From contig CAVZQN010000004.1 of NCBI GenBank assembly GCA_963777505.1, forward strand, positions 1,280,001 through 1,344,000: a DNA stretch of 64,000 nucleotides, given 5' to 3'. This stretch comes from an uncultured bacterium (lineage in GTDB: Bacteria > Acidobacteriota > HRBIN11 > JAKEFK01). The position numbers and the translations under genes are program-made. Under the pieces are notes generated by a model that was given only the letters and a program-made list of their open reading frames with translations, ran no database searches and was not told the origin of the DNA. Of this stretch, positions 1-8,783 are shown piece by piece (the first letter of the stretch is position 1; every line of letters begins with the position of its first letter).

Positions 1-91
1 ACTTCGGTCCAGGCCGCGAGAAGATTCGCAACCCAAAATGATATTCGCTTTTTCCAAAGAGTAGTGATAGGTTCAGACCAAAGGCAAAATA

Positions 92-1770
92 ATGTCCGAC
101 TCCCGGCAAGTTTATCAGCCCAAACTTTCCATTTCCGAACAGGTTTTTCCAGTACTTAGCCCAACACTCATGGAGCGCATCATTCGTTACGGTCGTGTTC
201 GGAAAGCTGAGCACGGTGAAGTTCTCATTGAGCCCAGAGCAAAAACAGTAACCGTGTTCGTGGTGAAAAGTGGTGAATTGGAACTCGTTCAGTCAGCCGG
301 AAAGTGATGAAAAAATTGTTGGCATCGTAGGTCCTGGCCAATTCACTGGAGAAGCCAATGTATTATTTGGACGTCCCGGGTTACTACAAATACGTGTGAG
401 TGAATCTGGAGAATTGATCGAGCTGGATCATAACACCATGATGTCGTTGCTTCAAACCGATAGCGAGTTAGGTGATATTTTCATGCGGGCGTTTATTCTG
501 CGCCGTGAGGAATTGATTGCAGGGAATTTTGGCGATGTAGTGTTGCTTGGTTCTATTCATTCTCCTGATACTTTCGCATTAAGGAATTCTTAACCCGAAA
601 TAATCAAGCATATTCTTATATTGATCTGGATCGGAACGCAGCTGCACAGGAACTTCTGGATCGTTTTCAAATTACTGTTAGCGAAGTACCTGTGGTCATC
701 TGCCGCGGTAACGTAATTTTACGGAACCCTGAAAATTCAAAAATGGCTGAATGTCTGGGCTTCAACGAAAGCATTCGATCAATCAAAAGTGCGTGACGTT
801 GTCATCATTGGCGCAGGTCCAGCTGGTCTTGCTGCTGCGGTCTATGCAGCAACGGAAGGATTAGATGCAGTGGTACTTGAATCGGAATCACCTGGAGGAC
901 AAGCAGGCTCAAGCTCCAAGATCGAAAATTATATCGGATTTCCGATGGGCATCTCAGGTCATGATCTAGCTACTAACGCTTTGACACAAGCACAGAAATT
1001 CGGGGCACAAATCATGATCGCCAAAAGCGCAAGCAATCTCAGATGTGATCAAAAACCGTTTATCATTGAAACAAAAGATGATTCGCGAATTCTGGCGCGC
1101 ACAGTCATCATCGCGACCGGGGCGAAATATCGAAAGCTACCGCTGCACAATTTGGAGCAATTTGAAGGACGCGGCATTTACTACGCCGCCACGTTTGTAG
1201 AATCTCAATGGTGCGGTGGCGAAGAAGTAATGGTGGTTGGTGCAGGAAATTCCGCCGGACAAGCTGCAGTATTTCTCGCAAACACCGCAAGTCATGTTCA
1301 CCTGATGTTCAGAACCGATGATTTGTTTCAAAGCATGTCGCGTTATTTGATCGCACGGATCGAAAAACATCCTAAGATTGAGATACATCAACATAAGGAG
1401 ATCATTGCGCTCGAAGGCGAAGATCATCTCAAGCTAATCCGTTACCATGATAATAAAACTCGCAAAGAGATATAGCTGTGCTATTCGGCATCTTTTTTTA
1501 ATGACAGGCGTAATCCCAAATACTCAATGGCTCGATAATTGTGTTGCACTTGATCCGGATGGCTTCATCAAGGCTGGAAATGATATTTCACAGAATGAAT
1601 TGACCGCTGCTAATTGGCCGCTCAGTCGTTCACCTCGTCTCCTGGAAACAAGTCGGCCTGGAATATTTGCCGTGGGTGATGTTCGATGCGGCAACATCAA
1701 ACGTGTTGCATCTGCGGTTGGTGAAGGTTCGATTGCAATTTCCCTTGTGCAACAAGCATTGAATGAGTAG
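92..1770 (+). pseudogene. Cyclic-nucleotide-binding domain + thioredoxin-reductase-like FAD oxidoreductase, broken by about 4 frameshifts (pseudogene or sequencing errors)
   Basis: Consecutive fragments join into one protein: cNMP domain (VGPGQFTGEANVL), a glutaredoxin-like linker readable at 572-775 (RIKEFLTRNNQAYSYIDLD...VPVVICRG...LGFNE), [66 protein letters not shown]. Frame changes near 302, 572, 775 and 1470. Confidence 0.85.
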
Positions 1771-1841
1771 GTTTAAAAAAAATGAAAAACAACGAATAAA
1801 GTAGGCCGAACAATCCAGCAGCAAGGCAAAAGGAGAATACC

Positions 1842-1931
1842 ATGTCTCAGACGCCCCTCACACGCAATATCCTCGGCCCTTCGCTAATTGGTAATAAAGA
1901 TAGCGAAGAAGAAAAAAGAAGAACGAAGTAA
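1842..1931 (+). other. 29-aa small ORF or truncated gene remnant with a strong RBS
   Basis: AGGAG RBS then ATG; encodes MSQTPLTRNILGPSLIGNKDSEEEKRRTK. Its leader is nearly identical to the epoxide hydrolase leader. Confidence 0.3.
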
Positions 1932-2074
1932 TACCATTTGAATTTCATACAGATTCTCCATGACCTTCATTTTTAAACATTTGACACTGATGGGTCTCAC
2001 TCATGCTTTGCCGGATTGAGATTTTCAAATTCTAACGCATGCGCACGTCGACTCTGTTCTACACGGGCAGTAAC

Positions 2075-2198
2075 CCGCAGATCATTTGGCCTCCATCGAC
2101 AACAAGGGTTGGCCCGTGACCTACGAGGATGCATCAGAACAGAGGAACATCACCATGCCGATCATCTCGTCAGGCTCAGCACCGCGATGCATTGGACG
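2075..2198 (-). pseudogene. C-terminal remnant of an SDR-family oxidoreductase
   Basis: Manual minus-strand translation gives PMHRGAEPDEMIGMVMFLCSDASS*VTGQP-(frameshift)-VVDGGQ. This is the classical SDR tail with TAG at 2121-2123 replacing Tyr. Confidence 0.7.
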
Positions 2199-2245
2199 AG
2201 AACAAAGGATTGAACGAGCAATTGATCGTTTCTCTCTTAAAATTT

Positions 2246-3268
2246 TCAGCTACGGAATTTCAGTACGACACGAAACCGTACTCTCCCGCTCTGCATTTGT
2301 TCATAGGCTTCTGCAACTCGATCGATCGGAAATATTTCGATCATTGGATGAACGTCCGTCAGTGCACTGAACTCAAGCGTGTCCTGTGAATCCTTCGCAG
2401 TACCTGAGTACCAACCGGCGACTGATCGTCTACCCATGATCAAAGAAAACACATTGATGGATAGCGGTTCAGCAGGTGCTGCCGGAACGAGCAGTGTTCC
2501 ATCGGGTGCTAATCCATCTACCAATGGAGATATTGCTTGCGCATTCGGTGCCGTCGCCAGAATTACACTGGCACCACCAAGTGCTTGCAACTTTTCTACT
2601 ACGTTATTAGCAGATGCATCGATGTAATGATGTGCACCCAATTTTCTGGCGAGTTGCTCTTTGTCGCTTCCGCGATTAATTGCCACTGTATGAAATCCCA
2701 TCTGCCGCGCGTACTGAACTCCAAGATGTCCTAGTCCACCGATGCCATGAACAGCAACGACATCGCCGGGTCGGGCTCCGGAATTTCGTAATGCGTTGTA
2801 CACAGTAACGCCCGGCGCACATAAATGGTCCTGCTTCCTCAGCGGGCACTTCATCAGGAATCGCTGCCAACGCACTCGCTGGTGCAATCATGTACTCAGC
2901 GTATCCTCCATCGAAATCGATACCGGTCACTTTCCGATTAACGCACATAGCGAAGTCGCCGCGCCGGCAATGTTTGCACACGAAGCAATGACCACCGTGC
3001 CAGCCAACGCCGACTCGTTGATCTTTCGACCATGTAGTGACATTGTCACCGACTGCGTCGATCCGTCCCGCAATTTCATGACCAGGAATTCGCGGATACT
3101 GAAGGCCTGGCCACAAACCTTCCTTGACAAGTACTTCGCTGTGGCAAATACCGCACGCTTCCACTTTTACGCGGACTTGACCGGGCCTCGGTTCGGTATC
3201 TCGCGTTCTACTAATTCCCAGTCTCCTCCAGGTTTGCTGATTTGCGCTGCTTTCATTTTCGAAGTCAT
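2246..3268 (-). pseudogene. Zn-dependent alcohol dehydrogenase (AdhP/propanol-preferring-like), 2 frameshifts
   Basis: GGAGG RBS and ATG at 3268 (MTSKMKAAQISKPGG); CGICHS, PGHE, CxxCxxC structural Zn site, GIGGLG, GRVRFRVVL. Single-base shifts near 3192 and 2812, both in G runs. Confidence 0.85.
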
Positions 3269-3331
3269 AAATTCCTCCAAGGTATTTAATAGCTATCCAC
3301 TTCGATTACTGCCTTCGGCAAAGGCCGGCGG

Positions 3332-3769
3332 TTATTCCCGTCCAGGCAGGCGCTTCGTGATTTCCTGGATTAACCACCCGTTTCCATCCGGATCGCTGAA
3401 GGCAACGAAACTATTGTAAGTTTGTCGTTTGGGATCAAGGCCGGGAGTTATTCCTTCCGAACCGAAATGAAAAGGCTCGCTAACATCAATTCCACGTTTC
3501 ACAAGCTCAGCTCGCGTTGCTTCAATATCAGATGTTACAAGGTACGTCTTCTGATATGAGCCGGGCTTCGCATCCGTGATCCCGTTGCCGATATGAATCG
3601 AGCATTGTGATCCCGGCGGTGTAAGCTGCACGCCGCGAACCTTTTTGCCAGGAGCCACCGGTTGCTCAAAGTCAATATCGACTCGGAACCCCAATTTTTC
3701 TTCGTAAAATTTTTTCGCACGATCCACGTCCGAAACGGGAATCACAACAACTTCCAATTTGAGATCCAT
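3332..3769 (-). CDS. VOC/glyoxalase-bleomycin resistance family protein
   Basis: Motifs IPVSDVDRAKKFY, QLTPPGS and FSDPDGNGW; GGAGG RBS before ATG 3769. Confidence 0.9.
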   Translation of the reverse strand: MDLKLEVVVIPVSDVDRAKKFYEEKLGFRVDIDFEQPVAPGKKVRGVQLTPPGSQCSIHIGNGITDAKPGSYQKTYLVTSDIEATRAELVKRGIDVSEPFHFGSEGITPGLDPKRQTYNSFVAFSDPDGNGWLIQEITKRLPGRE

Positions 3770-3917
3770 TTGTCTGCCTCCATAAATAATTAAATGGTTA
3801 TTCTTGTTCCATAAGAGTGGTAATCTGGATGCCGAGAACACTTCAGCGGTACTGATCGAAAATAAAAAATATTTTTCGCGGACGTTCGGGATTTTTTGAA
3901 ATTTCGAAAATCCGTAT

Positions 3918-4322
3918 TCACTTTACCAGAACAACTAATGGTTTCCCTTTTTCCACCACATATGTGGCGAGCTCTGCGCCGTTATCGGTTCCAACGTTCT
4001 TCGCCGAGTGGACAGCTCCAGCCGGGATGAAGAGCACATCGCCAGCTTTAAGCGTTGCTGATTTGCCTTCAACCTGATACTCCAGAGTTCCTTCAAGCAC
4101 ATAGATGATCTCTTCGCCTGGATGTTTGTGGTTCGGTGCAACTACCCCAGGATCAATGTCGATGCGGGCCTGGACGACTTCCCGCCCGGGGATTGATAGA
4201 TCGTGTTGCTGCAAATCGGTTCGCTTAACTCCTCCCATCTGCTGAGCGCGCGCTAGGTGCAACGCCAAACCGCCTCCAACAATCATCAAAACTACTAATG
4301 CTATCATTCTAATCTTTCTCAA
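3918..4322 (-). CDS. Secreted cupin-domain protein
   Basis: Signal peptide; cupin motifs HKHPGEE and GDVLFIPAGAVH; GGAGG RBS before TTG. Confidence 0.9.
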   Translation of the reverse strand: MRKIRMIALVVLMIVGGGLALHLARAQQMGGVKRTDLQQHDLSIPGREVVQARIDIDPGVVAPNHKHPGEEIIYVLEGTLEYQVEGKSATLKAGDVLFIPAGAVHSAKNVGTDNGAELATYVVEKGKPLVVLVK

Positions 4323-4647
4323 AACGCGTACCTCCTTTTTTGTGTGGGTGGTTTAAGCGAGCGAAAAATTGATGTTATCTCGCGGTTTATTGAAAACGCA
4401 AAAAGACGCGAAAACGTTTTTTATGCGAATAACGATGGATGCCTTTTTTGGTGTGAAGACTTTTGGTGAAAAATGAATTGGTGTGCGGACATTCCACCGG
4501 TTCAGCCACAACAAGTGAATCTATAATCAAACTGGTTTCATCGCAACACATTCAGCCACTCAGTGGAATCAATCGTGCGTGTTGTTTTTCGTGTTTCGTA
4601 ATTGTTTCTTATAATACTGGAGCAAATTCGGCTGGTTCAACTTGTTT

Positions 4648-4704
4648 TGCTCCGGATATTCTTCCTTTTGTTCCCTTCAAGGCAGCTTCGATAATTTCCA
4701 CTTC
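4648..4704 (-). pseudogene. Possible fragment of the Fis-type HTH region of an FhlA/NtrC-like sigma-54 activator
   Basis: EVEIIEAALKGTKGRISGA resembles the ExEMIEAALxxxxGRVSG segment before the HTH. It is flanked by in-frame stops. Confidence 0.4.
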
Positions 4705-4925
4705 CTACCTTCATAATATGTATGGCAGGGATTCTAGTTTATTGTTAAATTCACTATTAGACTGAATTTTCTTCAGATCTTTTCAACACTCGCGAGTTCG
4801 CTTCAAGTAGTTTTTTTTGGCTCGCAAAAAACGCATCCAAAAAGAAAAGGAGATGCGAAATGTCCTTGAAGCTTCAATCTCAATGCTTTTTCGCATACCT
4901 CTAGCAAGGCAAACAGGAGAATACC

Positions 4926-6149
4926 ATGCCAGAAACCACTGACAAGAGCTCTATTCGTCCGTTTCAAGTGAATTTTCCGGAAGCGGAACTCACCGAATTG
5001 CGCAGGCGTATCATGGCGACACGATTTCCGGAGAAGGAAACCGTCTCCGATTTTTCGCAAGGAGTACAACTCGCCTTCATTCAAACGCTCGCGCGGTATT
5101 GGGCGACCGATTACAACTGGCGGCGGTGCGAGGCGCAATTGAACTCTCATCCACAATTCATCACCGAGATCGACGGGTTGGACATCCACTTCATTCACGT
5201 CCGGTCGAAACATGAAGATGCAATGCCGCTCATCGTCACCCACGGCTGGCCCGGCTCGCCCATCGAGCAGCTGAAGATCATCGATCCACTGACCAACCCC
5301 ACGGCTCACGGAGCTAGCGCGTCGGACGCCTTCCACGTAGTGATCCCGTCGATGGCCGGCTACGGGTTTTCAGGCAAGCCCACGACGCCCGGTTGGGACC
5401 CCGCTCGCATGGCGCGGGCGTGGGTGCAGCTGATGAAGCGCCTCGGGTACAGCCGATTCGCGGCGCAAGGTGGTGATTGGGGTGGGTTCGTCACGAACCT
5501 GATGGCACAACAGGCACCTCCGGAGTTGATCGGCATCCATTTGAATTTCTCCGGTGCCGCGCCCCCTGAAATTGCCAAGGCGCTTCAGTCCGGCGGGCCG
5601 CCGCCGGCCGGTCTCTCGGCTGAGGAGCAGCGGGCATACGACCAGATGGCGTTCCTTTACCAGCACGTCCCGACGCAATTGATGATGGCCGCACACCCGC
5701 AAACCCTGTACGGCTTGGCCGACTCACCCGTCGCCCTTGCCGCCTGGATGATCGACCACGACGTGGCCAGCTATGGGCGCATCGTGAAACTCTTTCTTGA
5801 TGGGGAGCCCTACGGCGACCTCACACGGGACGACATTCTCGACAACATCACCCTTTCCTGGTTGACGAACACGGGCGTGTCCAGCGCTCGGCTCTATGTG
5901 GAATACAAGGGCGCCTTTTTCAACGACTACAACATCTCCGTTCCGGCTGCCGTAAGCGTCTTCCCTGAGGAGGTTTACCAAGCTCCGCGGAGTTGGACCG
6001 AGCGCTCCTACCACAATCTCATCCATTTCAACACGCTCCCCAAAGGCGGCCACTTTGCTGCATGGGAACAGCCGCAACTGTTCTCAGAAGAGGTACGCAC
6101 TGGCTTCAGGTCGCTGCGCGGCGACAAAGCAAAGGCGCAGAATCGTTAA
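4926..6149 (+). CDS. Epoxide hydrolase (EHN N-terminus + alpha/beta hydrolase)
   Basis: IRPF N-terminus, HGWPG oxyanion motif, GGDWG nucleophile, GGHFAAWEQP; AGGAG RBS. Confidence 0.93.
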   Translation: MPETTDKSSIRPFQVNFPEAELTELRRRIMATRFPEKETVSDFSQGVQLAFIQTLARYWATDYNWRRCEAQLNSHPQFITEIDGLDIHFIHVRSKHEDAMPLIVTHGWPGSPIEQLKIIDPLTNPTAHGASASDAFHVVIPSMAGYGFSGKPTTPGWDPARMARAWVQLMKRLGYSRFAAQGGDWGGFVTNLMAQQAPPELIGIHLNFSGAAPPEIAKALQSGGPPPAGLSAEEQRAYDQMAFLYQHVPTQLMMAAHPQTLYGLADSPVALAAWMIDHDVASYGRIVKLFLDGEPYGDLTRDDILDNITLSWLTNTGVSSARLYVEYKGAFFNDYNISVPAAVSVFPEEVYQAPRSWTERSYHNLIHFNTLPKGGHFAAWEQPQLFSEEVRTGFRSLRGDKAKAQNR

Positions 6150-6158
6150 CTTCCCGTC

Positions 6159-6189
6159 GGTCCTGTCGCGCAGAAATGCGCGGCAGGCC
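6159..6189 (+). terminator. GC-rich hairpin with GAAA tetraloop after the epoxide hydrolase
   Basis: GGTCCTGTCGCGCA-GAAA-TGCGCGGCAGGCC; there is no U-tail. Confidence 0.4.
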
Positions 6190-6548
6190 ATGTGATCTTA
6201 CATCTGTCCGACTGAAGTCATAAGGATGTCACAATTCAAAGTACGAACAACGAATTGCGATTTCTAATTTCGAATGAGTTTGATCTTAATTTGTAATTCG
6301 ATTGATTCGGTTAATCGTAGTTCAAATTAACAGGAGCGAGCGAAGAAATGAAAACAAAAAAAGCTGCTAAACCCTCGCAACCGCAAGGATAGTATCTAAG
6401 AGGCATATTTGTTTTCGCTCAATTTCTCTTTGTTTCTGTTTGTATCAAATCATGCCTCTTTACGGACAGCTTGATGGGACAAATCGGCACAAACTCGAAA
6501 AGTCAAAATGGTAAGTCATTCACTTGCAGTTACTAATAGACTGATGAG

Positions 6549-6632
6549 TGCCGAAGAGAGGACTCGAACCTCCACAAGGTTGCCCTTACTAGAACCTGAA
6601 TCTAGCGCGTCTGCCAATTCCGCCACTTCGGC
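6549..6632 (-). tRNA. tRNA-Leu (anticodon CAG), CCA not encoded
   Basis: Reverse complement is GCCGAAGTGGCGGAATTGGCAGACGCGCTAGATTCAGGTTCTAGTAAGGGCAACCTTGTGGAGGTTCGAGTCCTCTCTTCGGCA, with acceptor stem, CTAGA-TT-CAG-GT-TCTAG anticodon arm, long variable arm and GTTCGA T-loop. Confidence 0.97.
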
Positions 6633-6649
6633 TTTCTGAAAGGAATAAC

Positions 6650-6678
6650 AATATATAGGTAGCAGTATTAGAGGTCAA
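6650..6678 (-). promoter_or_regulatory. sigma-70-type promoter of tRNA-Leu
   Basis: TTGACC-17 nt-TATATT on the minus strand, just upstream of the tRNA. Confidence 0.65.
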
Positions 6679-6751
6679 GGGCAAACGGTGTATCCGGATG
6701 TGGACATCCCCAAGCTCAGATATAGATTGATGAAAAGAGGGAGATATATAT

Positions 6752-7189
6752 ATGAAGACACTTTTGATTATTGTACTGGTTGTGATTCTTGGATTTGTGC
6801 TCTTGCAGTACAGCAATTCCAGAACGGCTCGGAATACTGAAGTTGCCGTTAAGGAAGCTGGGCGTGAAGTTGCAGAAAAAACAAAAGAAGGATTGACTGA
6901 CCTGAAGCAAAAAGTTGAAGAGGAAAAAATTCCTGAAAAGATTAAAGAAGGCACCGAACAGGTTGAAAATTTAGCACTCGATGCAAGTACGACTGCTGCT
7001 GTGAAAGCGAAACTCATGAATGACGAACTTGTGAAAGCGCGAAATATCGATGTCGATACGAAGAATGGTCACGTGACTTTAAACGGTGATGTGTCCAGCA
7101 CCTCAGAAGCGGATCAAGCTATTCAATTAGCAAAACAAGTTGAAGGTGTGAAATCCGTAACTTCGCGTCTGGTTATTAAGGTAAATTAG
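6752..7189 (+). CDS. BON-domain (OsmY-like) protein
   Basis: N-terminal hydrophobic anchor; DASTTAAVKAKL...IDVDTKNGHVTLNG...VEGVKSV; GAGGAG RBS. Confidence 0.9.
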   Translation: MKTLLIIVLVVILGFVLLQYSNSRTARNTEVAVKEAGREVAEKTKEGLTDLKQKVEEEKIPEKIKEGTEQVENLALDASTTAAVKAKLMNDELVKARNIDVDTKNGHVTLNGDVSSTSEADQAIQLAKQVEGVKSVTSRLVIKVN

Positions 7190-7219
7190 GATTCATTAGG
7201 TGAGTTTGCCAAAGGCTTT

Positions 7220-7432
7220 TCAACACGAAGGCACAAAGGCTCTAAGTTTCACAAATAAATAATTATTAATGAGTTAGTGACGCTTGGTATCTTAGTGCCT
7301 CCGTGTTGAGGTTTTGGGCGGGCTTTAGACCCGCCCTTTAATTTTTTCCGTACGTTCACCACGGAGTCACGGAGAGCACAGAGTAAAAAACCATCTTTAG
7401 AAAAATCTCAGTGTCCTCCGTGACTCTGTGGT
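7220..7432. repeat. Three stacked inverted-repeat elements
   Basis: 7220-7309 TCAACACGAAGGCAC...GTGCCTCCGTGTTGA; 7316-7336 GGGCGGG-CTTTAGA-CCCGCCC followed by T-rich sequence; 7358-7432 ACCACGGAGTCACGGAG...CTCCGTGACTCTGTGGT. Confidence 0.8.
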
Positions 7433-7451
7433 TAAGTATGGTTAAATACTT

Positions 7452-8771
7452 GTGATGAAGAAGTGGATTGGTGCTGCAATTTTGGTTTTAGCGATTGCAG
7501 CATTCGCCTGGTGGAAACTACAACCGGCAGCTAAAGTTGAACTACCAAAACGGCAGAAAGTATTTCTGATCGGATTGGATGGCGCAAGCTGGAACCTAAT
7601 GGAACAACCCTTGAAAGAAGGGAAGCTTCCCAACTTTCAACGCTTAATTCAATCAGGCACTTCTGGCAATCTTAAAAGTTTTGTCCCAACGAAGTCACCA
7701 GTTTTGTGGACCACGATCGCGACAGGAAAAATTCCACAAAAGCATGGCATCGGAAGCTTCACTGCAGAAATCAACGGCAAAACGGTTCCTGTTTCAGGAT
7801 CGCAACGCATCACAAAAGCTTTTTGGAATATCCTGAGCGATTACAAAATCCGAGTCGGTGTTGTGAATTGGTGGGTTACGTGGCCGCCAGAAAAAGTAAA
7901 TGGCTTCATGGTGTCTGACCGCTATCGCAGCGCATCAAAAAAAGACAACGCTGTCATTACGTATCCTGAACAACTTGCAAAAGATTTACCCAAAATATCA
8001 ATCTCAATGGATCGCTACCTGGAGGAACGTCAGAAATTCGGGCTGCCTCAAAATCTCAAACCAAATGCTTCTTCAAAAGTGATCGATCAACTTGCCGCAG
8101 ATTATAAAGGATATTGGGCGCAAGATCGTGCCGTCCGTGAAGCCTGCCGCCGTCTGCTTGCGAATCAGAAGGTGGATGTGTTTGCTGTCATCTTTAGAAT
8201 CATTGACGTTTCCAGTCATCTATTCTGGACTTATCTGGATTTAGATTTGATCGCCGAAATGCGCGCGAAACTTGAATCCGGAAATCTAACTTCTGAAGAT
8301 ATAACGCGGATTGATGCGGAGTTCATTAAAATTATTGGTCCGGTTTATGAATATTCAGATCGGATCCTTGGCGAATTTCTTCAACGCGCTGATAAAGATA
8401 CTCACATCATCGTAATGTCAGATCATGGTTTCAAATTTGAAGAAGGTCGATATGGCCACAGCAGCATGAAGGAACCTCCCGATGGCATCATCATCCTCTC
8501 AGGACCTGCATTCCGCAAGAATCATCGTATTGAAGGAGCAACACTGCTCGACGTTGCTCCAACACTTTTGTATCTTCAAGGAATTCCCGTCGCACGCGAT
8601 ATGGATGGAAAAATTTTGGTGAAAGCTTTCACGCAAGAATTCGTGAAGCTGAATGAACCTGAATTAGTTGCTTCACATGACACGGGTGAGAAAAAGAAAG
8701 GCCTTGCAAAAGAAAGTGAAATGGACGAAGAGATTCTGGAAGACTTAAAGACTTTAGGGTATATCAACTGA
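7452..8771 (+). CDS. Membrane-anchored alkaline phosphatase superfamily protein (nucleotide pyrophosphatase/phosphodiesterase-like)
   Basis: IGLDGA, PTKSPVLWTTIATG, MSDHGF, DVAPTLL and C-terminal LKTLGY motifs; N-terminal TM helix. Confidence 0.85.
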   Translation: MMKKWIGAAILVLAIAAFAWWKLQPAAKVELPKRQKVFLIGLDGASWNLMEQPLKEGKLPNFQRLIQSGTSGNLKSFVPTKSPVLWTTIATGKIPQKHGIGSFTAEINGKTVPVSGSQRITKAFWNILSDYKIRVGVVNWWVTWPPEKVNGFMVSDRYRSASKKDNAVITYPEQLAKDLPKISISMDRYLEERQKFGLPQNLKPNASSKVIDQLAADYKGYWAQDRAVREACRRLLANQKVDVFAVIFRIIDVSSHLFWTYLDLDLIAEMRAKLESGNLTSEDITRIDAEFIKIIGPVYEYSDRILGEFLQRADKDTHIIVMSDHGFKFEEGRYGHSSMKEPPDGIIILSGPAFRKNHRIEGATLLDVAPTLLYLQGIPVARDMDGKILVKAFTQEFVKLNEPELVASHDTGEKKKGLAKESEMDEEILEDLKTLGYIN

Positions 8772-8783
8772 GGGGATAATTCT

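Noticed and set aside
1473-1475. TAG or TGA read-through (Pyl/Sec) in the reductase
   Set aside because: Homology continues in a different frame, so these are frameshifts rather than recoded stops.
2016-2389. Three + strand ORFs of 65-94 aa
   Set aside because: They are antisense shadows of the SDR remnant and the ADH 3' end.
3818-3835. sigma-54 promoter upstream of the VOC gene
   Set aside because: CGGCATCCAGATTACC lacks the -12 GC, so it is not called as a feature.
4463-4765. 100-aa + strand ORF
   Set aside because: No RBS or recognisable family; it overlaps the antisense activator-like fragment.
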